From the IMG/VR virus record IMGVR_UViG_3300016265_000851, positions 1 through 33,755 of that record: a stretch of DNA of 33,755 nucleotides; one strand, 5' to 3'. The stretch comes from a virus. Taxonomy: Duplodnaviria > Caudoviricetes. The notes below the pieces were generated by a model. It saw only the letters and a list, made by a program, of their open reading frames with translations, was not told where the DNA came from and searched no databases. This document shows, piece by piece, positions 26,265 to 33,755 of this stretch; the stretch's first letter is position 1; each line of letters starts with the position of its first letter. The translations under genes were made by a program, and so were the position numbers.

Positions 26265-27161
26265 TTATCTGGTATAAGTGACTCTGAGTTTATCACCGAC
26301 ATCAAGCATACCATAAAGCGGAGTACCAACCCAACTCAGCACATTAATAGCAACGTTGTAGTCTTCACCATAAACTTGAGCACTTCCTGAAATAACATCA
26401 AGAGTTACGGAAGTTACGTCTATAGGTGTATGAGATAATGTGATGGATGAGTTACTGATTTGCAGCGCATCAAGTGTAAAATATTCGACTGTGTATATAT
26501 TGCTTGGCGGTATAGTTACTGTCTGATTTTTCCATAAGCTTGTAGCAGAATCATAGACAAGTGCTTGTCCATTAGTTGCGCCGTTGATGCTTACGTTATG
26601 CAGTTCTCCAAGCTCAAAACCATTTTGTATTTTTACTTCAATGATACCTTCAGTAGGATGTGCTCTGACAACGTATCCACAGAATACTTGATGATTAGGT
26701 GCACTAGGTTTTGTTGTAGTCATTTCTCCGGCAGTAGTAGGAGATAGCCAAAGAAGCTGGCCTTCTAAATACATCGAAGTATCTACGTTAGTTAATTGAC
26801 CTTCTGTTACTGCGTAGCCAGTACCATTATGCAAAATATCTTGCTGTAATATTGCAAAAGTCTTTGAACTAGTTGGCTCTGAACTTGCTAATGATTTTGC
26901 AACTAACGGACGATTACCAGAAGCTCCTGAAATATAAACAACTGTCTTTTTTGGTAATGTTGCGCCAGTTTGATTGCGCACAACACAAAGCAATTTCTCT
27001 GTGTTTGCTACAATTGTTCCACCAACTAGAGGCTCTGCAATTCCATTGTCTCTTTTGATTTTAAAAATCTGATCGTCTTCATCGTACCAAAGCCAGACTC
27101 TATTTGCGGCCGGTGTTACTGGTTCAGGTATCGCATTAAATCTGATTTTAGAATCTGACAT
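26265..27161 (-). CDS. Head fibre/decoration protein (298 aa)
   Basis: VRNQTG.TL.K.TVVYISG...LWLSPTTAG domain, LGELHNVSI....NGQALVYD...LWKN repeat unit. Confidence 0.7.
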   Translation of the reverse strand: MSDSKIRFNAIPEPVTPAANRVWLWYDEDDQIFKIKRDNGIAEPLVGGTIVANTEKLLCVVRNQTGATLPKKTVVYISGASGNRPLVAKSLASSEPTSSKTFAILQQDILHNGTGYAVTEGQLTNVDTSMYLEGQLLWLSPTTAGEMTTTKPSAPNHQVFCGYVVRAHPTEGIIEVKIQNGFELGELHNVSINGATNGQALVYDSATSLWKNQTVTIPPSNIYTVEYFTLDALQISNSSITLSHTPIDVTSVTLDVISGSAQVYGEDYNVAINVLSWVGTPLYGMLDVGDKLRVTYTR

Positions 27162-27171
27162 TATCTGCCTC

Positions 27172-27342
27172 TTATGGCTCTAGTATCAAGGTGCCTTCAA
27201 GCAAAAGAGTACCTTCGATTTCTAATGTTCCAAATGTTACTGACTGCCTATATTCTACAATTCTAACAAGAGTATTTAATGGTATCGTACTCCAGCCACA
27301 ATGCCAATCTGATCCGGCTGCTACTGGGATTACAAAAGCCAT
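27172..27342 (-). CDS. 56-aa virion-type small protein (not in ORF track)
   Basis: MAFVIPV...GTLEIEGTLLLEGTLILEP; TAATG overlap with the upstream stop and GAGG RBS. Confidence 0.7.
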   Translation of the reverse strand: MAFVIPVAAGSDWHCGWSTIPLNTLVRIVEYRQSVTFGTLEIEGTLLLEGTLILEP

Positions 27343-27737
27343 TAGCTAACTTCCTCAATAATGATTACTGGGTTGCCAATCTCAGCTTTTGCATAGACTA
27401 ATATAGTATCTTTAATATCATAATTTCGTTCTGACTGGTCATTGACAATGACGCCTGTATAAGTAGGAATCGATGGATCAAAATTAAGTTTAATTTGAGT
27501 ACCAGAATAATTCTGGATATTTATAGCGTTACGATTAGTCAACGGCACAGGTGGCAATGCTGTCCAGGCTGTATCAGATAAAACAACTTCCGTAACTTTA
27601 CCAGATATGCGAAGCCCAGACGGTGTAAATTCGCCAGATACTTCACCGCTTAAAGTTGTTCTAACAACTACTTCTCCGGCCTCATTGAGGTCGAACTTTT
27701 CGTACTCTCTGTCCTGTAACGCCTTCGGTAGAACCAT
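27342..27737 (-). CDS. Hypothetical virion protein
   Basis: 131-aa beta-rich ORF (NRNAINIQN) in the head module. Confidence 0.7.
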   Translation of the reverse strand: MVLPKALQDREYEKFDLNEAGEVVVRTTLSGEVSGEFTPSGLRISGKVTEVVLSDTAWTALPPVPLTNRNAINIQNYSGTQIKLNFDPSIPTYTGVIVNDQSERNYDIKDTILVYAKAEIGNPVIIIEEVS

Positions 27738-27921
27738 TTTTATCTACCTTCTTTCTTATATCGCCAGTGAAATATGCAACATGATTAGAACCTTGTTGCA
27801 CAATGAAATGTATTTTAATTGGAGTTCTAATAGCTTTTAATTGCGCTACTAAATCACTTGGGTCTCTGCCAACAATATAGCCAAGTGTGTCATAAGGATT
27901 AAGTGAATCAAATTCTAGCAT
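27682..27921 (-). CDS. Hypothetical protein
   Basis: ATG 27921 with AAGGA RBS just after the capsid terminator. Confidence 0.65.
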   Translation of the reverse strand: MLEFDSLNPYDTLGYIVGRDPSDLVAQLKAIRTPIKIHFIVQQGSNHVAYFTGDIRKKVDKNGSTEGVTGQRVRKVRPQ

Positions 27922-27931
27922 GAGAATCCTT

Positions 27932-27964
27932 AAAAATAGGGGATGAGGCCGAAACCCCACCCCC
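27932..27964 (-). terminator. Rho-independent terminator after the major capsid gene
   Basis: Minus strand GGGGTGGGGT-TTCG-GCCTCATCCCC-TATTTTT. Confidence 0.85.
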
Positions 27965-27973
27965 AAGCTACAA

Positions 27974-28834
27974 TTAAGCAGCAGTTACTTTAATACACTT
28001 CTTAGCACCGTCGATGCCAAGAGCAACGCCGTAGATCAAATCAACGGACATCAAGATGCCATGCTTTCCAGCAGGATGAAGGTCAGAAATTTTAACAGCC
28101 ATTTCTTTAGCCATGACCATGAGAAGAGCATCTGGGCATAGGAAATAAGCTGTATCTTCTGCCAAGCTATTGTCTTCAGCAAGCTGCCAGCCATAACGAC
28201 GAAGGCCAACTTTACCGCCGATAACTGGTGTATCAGCAGCGCCGAAGTCAGAGCTAACAAGCGTTTGAGAAGCTAGGACGTCACTATAATAGGATGGATC
28301 AAGAAGACCGAACCAACCTTTTGACATATCCCACTTAGCTTGTGCAGCAAGTTTACGGACAGCAAGAAGCTGTGTGCTGTTCAAATCTGTTACGCCACTG
28401 ATTTGGTGGTCAGGAGCCGCAGCAGATGGAACAAGTGCAGCATAGAGAGCTGCATTGACAGCTTTTTCAACTGCGAAAACCAGCGAAGCCATAACTTCAG
28501 GATTTTCTCTGTCGATCAAAGACATCAGCTCAACTTCATCAGCAAATTCAAATGCTGCTGTGACGTGCTTGTCAGCTTTAACGTCAACATAAGCAGTAGA
28601 AATTGCAGAAGGAGCAAATGTGTTGCTGTCTACTGTGCCAACTGTTTTAGTTGTAGCAGTAGGAGCATTGACACTGTAAACCCGTACAGTATCGCCGCCT
28701 TTGCGGATTTCACCGGAGTAATCTTTGTTTACGATCGAACCTAGCAAAAGGCTTTCACGTAGTTGCTTGGTTGCTACTGGAGACCAGTATTTTTGCACTT
28801 GATATTGAATATCGGTTAAATTCGTACTTGCCAT
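27974..28834 (-). CDS. Major capsid protein (HK97 fold, P22-coat-like)
   Basis: VNKDYSGEI...GDTVRV and D.IYGV motifs; follows the scaffold; strong RBS and terminator. Confidence 0.9.
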   Translation of the reverse strand: MASTNLTDIQYQVQKYWSPVATKQLRESLLLGSIVNKDYSGEIRKGGDTVRVYSVNAPTATTKTVGTVDSNTFAPSAISTAYVDVKADKHVTAAFEFADEVELMSLIDRENPEVMASLVFAVEKAVNAALYAALVPSAAAPDHQISGVTDLNSTQLLAVRKLAAQAKWDMSKGWFGLLDPSYYSDVLASQTLVSSDFGAADTPVIGGKVGLRRYGWQLAEDNSLAEDTAYFLCPDALLMVMAKEMAVKISDLHPAGKHGILMSVDLIYGVALGIDGAKKCIKVTAA

Positions 28835-28865
28835 GTTATCACTCCTTGATATTTGGCTTTGTTAA

Positions 28866-29462
28866 TTATTGTCCCCAGACAATTTGATCCCTACGGTATT
28901 TGTTCATTTCCGTAGAACTCTTGAGAGATCGCCACTCTGACTCAGTGATTTTGCCAGGCCCACCGTTTAGCCCTTGCGGAGCAGTAGCTGGTAGCTTGGC
29001 AGTTCTCTGGATCATTTCAGGCCATTGCTTTTTGAGTGACTCAGCCACTCTAGCAACGGTCATTTTGTCAATCTCACCGGTATCTGGGTTTACTGCCACC
29101 TCATCGGTGTCAATAAGTTTATACCACTTTTGGTCAACCTGGCCGCCCAGAGCTTCGATTACCATATTCAACTTCATGCCATGAGTTATGCGCTGATCCA
29201 ACTCCTGTCGGGCAGCTCTTTCTTTGGCAAGTTCCTCTTCACGTGCCTTAAGCAGAGCTTCATAGTCCCCCCGCTTCCTTGCTTCGGACTCTTCCCGCTC
29301 TCTTTCCTTTGACGCTAGAGCTTCAAGTTGTGCTTGCAGCTTCTTTTTTTCGTCAAGTAGCTTTCGGTGCGTTTCATAGGCGATAGTTGACTTGGCTTCT
29401 TGATTCTCTGGCTGCGCCACAGGCTCACCAGATTGCTCCACAGGAGCTTTCTGATCGGTCAT
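28866..29462 (-). CDS. Capsid scaffolding protein
   Basis: Charged coiled coil with Pro/Gly-rich C-terminus directly before the capsid gene. Confidence 0.8.
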   Translation of the reverse strand: MTDQKAPVEQSGEPVAQPENQEAKSTIAYETHRKLLDEKKKLQAQLEALASKEREREESEARKRGDYEALLKAREEELAKERAARQELDQRITHGMKLNMVIEALGGQVDQKWYKLIDTDEVAVNPDTGEIDKMTVARVAESLKKQWPEMIQRTAKLPATAPQGLNGGPGKITESEWRSLKSSTEMNKYRRDQIVWGQ

Positions 29463-29495
29463 TTTTACACCTTCCATGGTTAAAAACTGTTAGAA

Positions 29496-30002
29496 TTATA
29501 TCACTTTACTCTTTCTTAGCAAATCCCCAAACGTTTTTCGATAAAATCTTACAATTTGTTTGAACTCAAGTTGAGATATGCGCATAAAGATACGCTTTGG
29601 CCTACCCTTGCCGCCGTCTTCATTGTATTGCGCTATATCGGCGTTACGCTTTCCATCATCCCGCCTACCAGTTGGCTTTATTTCTATGATCCCAGTCTTA
29701 GCCGTTGATATAATAGAATCAAGCATCTGGCCTGTGAGGGTAAGATTTGACCGGCTTGGCCTTGTGTTTTCAGATAATCCTTCAAACATTTTCCGGCGTT
29801 TAACATAGTTATCACTTAGCTTTGCCAGACGCTTCTTTGATCCTAAATCTTTTTTAACGCCGTAGCCTAGCCTTGTGCGCTTTACAATTAAGTCTCTAGC
29901 AAAGACACCAACATCAACTAGCGCAGCCTTTTTGATTGATTCTGCTACAGTTTTTTCTAGTTTTTTGACGATGTTTTGAAACTGTCTTGTGCCAGAAGCC
30001 AT
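29496..30002 (-). CDS. Virion morphogenesis / tail completion family protein (Mu gpG-like), paralog 2
   Basis: LS.NYVKRRK, NLTLTGQMLDSI and PKRIFM.IS motifs. Confidence 0.7.
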   Translation of the reverse strand: MASGTRQFQNIVKKLEKTVAESIKKAALVDVGVFARDLIVKRTRLGYGVKKDLGSKKRLAKLSDNYVKRRKMFEGLSENTRPSRSNLTLTGQMLDSIISTAKTGIIEIKPTGRRDDGKRNADIAQYNEDGGKGRPKRIFMRISQLEFKQIVRFYRKTFGDLLRKSKVI

Positions 30003-30003
30003 T

Positions 30004-30438
30004 TTAATCCTTAACAAATTTGATTATTTTTGTTAGTTCTGCGTCACTTATCCCCAAAAAATCCCTAGCCTTCTTTGGATCTGGTGTTGGTTTACCGTAG
30101 GTGCCTCTGATATTCCCGTCTGCTTTGGCGTTTTCTTCAGATCCTCTTTCAAAACCAATGACCACAGAGCGGCTAGTCTTATCTAATACTGACAAAGCAG
30201 CAAGCATATCTCCGGATAATTGCAAGTCTACTTTGTTAGTTTTTCCAGCAACTTTAAAATCTAGGCTTTCCTTGTATGACTTAGAATAACCAGGAAAGCG
30301 GCGGCCATCTTTGTCTTTGCCTTGATCTGTGCGGTTGACAATACGCTCAATGATAAGGTCTGCTACCTCATCCTTTTGATCCGGACTCAGGCCGTAACCA
30401 GATAAATCAATCTTGATTTTCTGCCATTTGGTAGCCAT
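30004..30438 (-). CDS. Virion morphogenesis family protein, paralog 1
   Basis: G.DKDGRRFPGYSKSY, DLQLSGDMLAAL and RDFLGISD motifs. Confidence 0.7.
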   Translation of the reverse strand: MATKWQKIKIDLSGYGLSPDQKDEVADLIIERIVNRTDQGKDKDGRRFPGYSKSYKESLDFKVAGKTNKVDLQLSGDMLAALSVLDKTSRSVVIGFERGSEENAKADGNIRGTYGKPTPDPKKARDFLGISDAELTKIIKFVKD

Positions 30439-31831
30439 TGTCTTCCTCTTGCTGTTCTACGGGACCAGTCTCACCTTCTCTGGCTTCTAAATTAGTTCCC
30501 CGCTCCTCATCAATTTCCCGCTCCAGTTCTTCGATCTGAGCATAAGTCATTTGAGGGTTAAGCATAGCAATAGCTCTGCTTCTTGTGGTGAATCCGGCAG
30601 CATACTCATCCCGTTGCTCTTGGATAAGCTGGCTGCGCTGTGTACCTACTGGGATTACTGAAAATCTAGTAGTAACTTCAGCCATGCTGGAGAATATGGT
30701 GCGATTTTCCACCATTCCTTGAGAAACCCAAATAGGATGCATCTTGTGAAGAATCATCTCCCACATGGCTTGCTCTGCTTTGCCGTAGGTTACTGTTTGA
30801 GCTTGGCGTACATCGAATGTATCTGCTTCATCGATAATCTTAGCAATACCGCTTGCCGCTTGATTCTCTGTTAGATTACCAACTGCGCCTGTCTTAATAC
30901 CCTTTGATCCAAGCCACATGGAAAGCTCTGACTCAATTAGATTTAAGACTTCCCTGTAATCTACTTCAGGTTTGAGAGTTCCTATTTCTACTTCTTTTTC
31001 AGGATCGTCTGACTTTAAGAACCAGAGAGCATTAGGCGCATAAGTTGGGTCCGCAACCTCACCATTTTTGACGTAAGTGATGCTAAAACTAGAGAACAAA
31101 GCAGCAAGGTTTAAGTCAGTCAATGCGGCCGGAATGTACTCAGCTAGGCGAATAGAATCCAAATCAGGATTAGGAATAAGACGCAGATTGCTTTGATTAA
31201 CATAAACAAACGGCAGCACACCATAAGGATTGATCCCGTCTGCAAGTCCCATTTCCTCCATGGCTTGGAAGTCTATGGACTCATCAGATTTAACAACTGC
31301 GAACTCTGTATCTGTATAAACCCAGTAGATTTCCCGTTTTTGAGAATCCCTGCCAGCAATTAAAACAACCATTGTAGGCTTTGTCGGATCTATTGGATCA
31401 TCGCTATGAACAGCAAAGCGGTCATTTGGAATTACTCTGACCTTTGGGCCGTCTTCTGTGATGTACGGATGAATCAAAGTTGATCTGCAAGCATTATAAA
31501 GCCTATTAGATTGGTGCATTATTGAATTAATATGAGTTTGTTTTTCGTACCATGAAAGCAAATCGGCGTCAGCTTCAGAGCCTTCAGCTACTTCCCTTAT
31601 AACTCCGGTCTGATAAATGTTTGCAAGTTTATCAACGTATCTAGGAATGATATTAATCGGAACAATACGCTCAAGAGCATAGCGAAGCACCCTTGGAGAT
31701 AACAAACGTTCAAGGTTTTTAACAATATAAGGCTCAAGATTACCTTCAAGCAGATCGATCATTTTATAATTTGTTGCCAGTGTATCAGCCTGTGACTGAA
31801 CTACTTTCTTAACTAACTTAGGATCGATCAT
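30407..31831 (-). CDS. Portal protein (SPP1 gp6-like)
   Basis: 474 aa after the terminase; NPYGVLPFV and ASGIAK motifs; acidic tail. Confidence 0.9.
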   Translation of the reverse strand: MIDPKLVKKVVQSQADTLATNYKMIDLLEGNLEPYIVKNLERLLSPRVLRYALERIVPINIIPRYVDKLANIYQTGVIREVAEGSEADADLLSWYEKQTHINSIMHQSNRLYNACRSTLIHPYITEDGPKVRVIPNDRFAVHSDDPIDPTKPTMVVLIAGRDSQKREIYWVYTDTEFAVVKSDESIDFQAMEEMGLADGINPYGVLPFVYVNQSNLRLIPNPDLDSIRLAEYIPAALTDLNLAALFSSFSITYVKNGEVADPTYAPNALWFLKSDDPEKEVEIGTLKPEVDYREVLNLIESELSMWLGSKGIKTGAVGNLTENQAASGIAKIIDEADTFDVRQAQTVTYGKAEQAMWEMILHKMHPIWVSQGMVENRTIFSSMAEVTTRFSVIPVGTQRSQLIQEQRDEYAAGFTTRSRAIAMLNPQMTYAQIEELEREIDEERGTNLEAREGETGPVEQQEEDNGYQMAENQD

Positions 31832-31843
31832 TTTTAAAGCTCC

Positions 31844-33199
31844 TCAAAGGATAATTGAACGGGTAACTCCCCGCTCCAGGTCTGCAAGTTTACGCACCAT
31901 ACAATAGCCTAGAGCCGTTGTGACGTGCTGATATCTTTTGGAATCATCCTCAATTACATTAGCACCTTTTTTAAACGCAGTCAGCCTCAACCCCTCATTA
32001 ACTGTGGGACAATTATGTATAAATAAACGGATTTCTCCTTTTTCGTTGCGGCAATAGGCGTTAATTAGATTGTGCCTTGTCCTGATGGCCGGATTTGCCA
32101 ATGGGACGCAATACTTATACTTGATATTGTTGCGGTCTAGAGCTTCTTTGATTATTTCGTAGTCAGATCGCTTGCTTGAGGTATGTCTGCTTTTGCCGGA
32201 CGCATCCCCATAAATTTCGTACTGCTTGCCTGGGACAATTATACCTCTATCAAAAAACTCTTGAATAGCCTCATCAGTTCTGGCTCCGTCAATAATAACC
32301 TCATCAAAGACATGAAAGCATCCATCCTCATAGGCCATAGCTACTGCCGACAAAGGCTTGCCATCCCCGATGTTAAAGTCAAATGATATCAGGATGGGAG
32401 TTTCGGATCTTGGACGCCAGAGGGTTTTATCACTCTGAGCTTCGGAGTCATACTGGTAGTAGATGACTTCGTCTGCAATTTCAATCCACTCCCCGTAAAG
32501 CATTCGCCTGGCTCTTTTGGGATCAAGGTCTGATTTGAGTTGAGCAATATACTGCGGTGGGAGAAATGGATTATCTTCAGTTCGACTATAGTAGACATGC
32601 CTTGTAGGATGTTTAGCACCTGAGCTGTTAGGCGATATAAAGTATTTATAAGCCCAGTGGCCAGGAGAATCAGGGTTAGTGGCAGCAATAATAAGAGGCT
32701 TAGTAACATGAGATAGCCTGCCAACGCGCATTTTAATTTCATGATAAGCTTGCTCGTCATCGCCATGATTCTCCGTTAGTTCTTCAATCGCTGCGCCTGA
32801 GAGTTCAAGCGATCTTAGTTTACTGTAGCGTTTATCTGCCCAGGACTTGCTAATAATCTCAGAGCCATTTACAAACCAAATCTTTCCTATATTATCCCAT
32901 ACCCTGTAATAGCGGCTATCTATTCCCTCAAGATGCTCACAGATTTTTAGGTATAAAGTATCTTTTAAATCTGGAAGTGCCCGCCTACCAATGAGAAACC
33001 TTGCTCTGTTATTTTCTAAGCAGTGCCGGATAATGATGTGAGCCATGAGGATAGATTTCGCAGAGCCTACACTTCCAGACAAAAGCACTTCATGCGTACC
33101 TTTGCTGTAATCAAATGTTTCTATGTCATCAATAACCTGTTTTTGAAAAGGTATGACGGTAGGATCAAATTCGGGAAGGGTTGGGGTTGAGCCGATCAA
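31844..33199 (-). CDS. terL: Terminase large subunit
   Basis: Walker A SGSVGSAKS, Walker B AAIEELTE, ATNP coupling motif, nuclease FDFN and YGDASG motifs. Confidence 0.95.
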   Translation of the reverse strand: MIGSTPTLPEFDPTVIPFQKQVIDDIETFDYSKGTHEVLLSGSVGSAKSILMAHIIIRHCLENNRARFLIGRRALPDLKDTLYLKICEHLEGIDSRYYRVWDNIGKIWFVNGSEIISKSWADKRYSKLRSLELSGAAIEELTENHGDDEQAYHEIKMRVGRLSHVTKPLIIAATNPDSPGHWAYKYFISPNSSGAKHPTRHVYYSRTEDNPFLPPQYIAQLKSDLDPKRARRMLYGEWIEIADEVIYYQYDSEAQSDKTLWRPRSETPILISFDFNIGDGKPLSAVAMAYEDGCFHVFDEVIIDGARTDEAIQEFFDRGIIVPGKQYEIYGDASGKSRHTSSKRSDYEIIKEALDRNNIKYKYCVPLANPAIRTRHNLINAYCRNEKGEIRLFIHNCPTVNEGLRLTAFKKGANVIEDDSKRYQHVTTALGYCMVRKLADLERGVTRSIIL

Positions 33200-33200
33200 T

Positions 33201-33755
33201 TTAGTATTCTTTCTTATTTAAAAAATCATTAATTCTATTTTTAGCTATTTCAAAATACTTATCATCCTTCTCAATCCCAATGAACTTTCGATCTGTGTTT
33301 ATGCAAGCAACACCTGTAGAGCCACTTCCCATGCAGTTATCAAGAACGGTTTGGCCTATGTTGGTGTATGTCCTAATAAGGTATTCCAAAAGGGCGACGG
33401 GCTTTTGCGTAGGGTGGAAGCGTTTTTTTGAGTTATTTGGTAACTCCGAAAACTGGATTATATCTTGTGGAAACCGTTCTGTTCTGTTAAGTGTCTTCGC
33501 CTCTACAGTTTGCATCTTTCCATAAATGGAATCTTTTCCATTTCCACCACTCTTATAATAACTGTTCATTGGCTTTGATTGAAACATCTGAGGATTGTAA
33601 ACAGGTGTATTTTTACAGAACACTGAAATTTTTTCGTAAATTCTCATTGGGTACTTTTTGGAGTTTAGGTGACCCTTTGGGGTGGATTTTTTCCAAATCC
33701 AATCGTTTTTGTAACAGGAAAGATTGCTAAGTCGTAAGTGACTACTGAACGGTTC
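33201..33755 (-). CDS. N6-adenine/N4-cytosine DNA methyltransferase, beta class (5' truncated by window edge)
   Basis: HPTQKPVALLEYLI and VLDNCMGSGSTG...FIGIE; the frame stays open to the window end (EPFSSHLRLSN...DWIWKK). Confidence 0.93.
   Translation of the reverse strand, partial: EPFSSHLRLSNLSCYKNDWIWKKSTPKGHLNSKKYPMRIYEKISVFCKNTPVYNPQMFQSKPMNSYYKSGGNGKDSIYGKMQTVEAKTLNRTERFPQDIIQFSELPNNSKKRFHPTQKPVALLEYLIRTYTNIGQTVLDNCMGSGSTGVACINTDRKFIGIEKDDKYFEIAKNRINDFLNKKEY

Noticed and set aside
1-33755. Alternative genetic code or prophage boundaries
   Set aside because: Genes are full length in the standard code with TAA, TAG and TGA all used as stops. No integrase, att site or host housekeeping genes are visible.

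Overview
The window is about 34 kb of a tailed dsDNA bacteriophage genome with siphovirus-type organisation: a tape measure gene, a frameshifted tail-assembly chaperone pair and no recognisable sheath gene. The right ~25 kb is one minus-strand late region: DNA methyltransferase (partial), terminase large subunit, portal, two virion-morphogenesis paralogs, scaffold, major capsid, head fibre/decoration genes, connector, tail tube, chaperones, tape measure, tail tip and fibres, a lipoprotein, a holin-like gene and a VRR-NUC nuclease. The left ~8.7 kb is accessory/early: metallophosphoesterase, HEXXH protein, M15 endolysin, RHH regulator, Gp157-like protein, RecT-like annealase, SSB, a stand-alone LysR HTH and several small ORFs. 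No polymerase, helicase, integrase, tRNA or CRISPR array was recognised. The most striking unexplained element is the gene-free 600 bp gap at 2542-3142. It has a sigma70-like promoter and folds by eye on the + strand into a dense multi-helix ~510 nt RNA, with GNRA tetraloops, a 12-bp closing helix and two long-range pseudoknots. It is a candidate large 'ornate' phage ncRNA. All calls come from manual motif reading; no database search or folding program was run.
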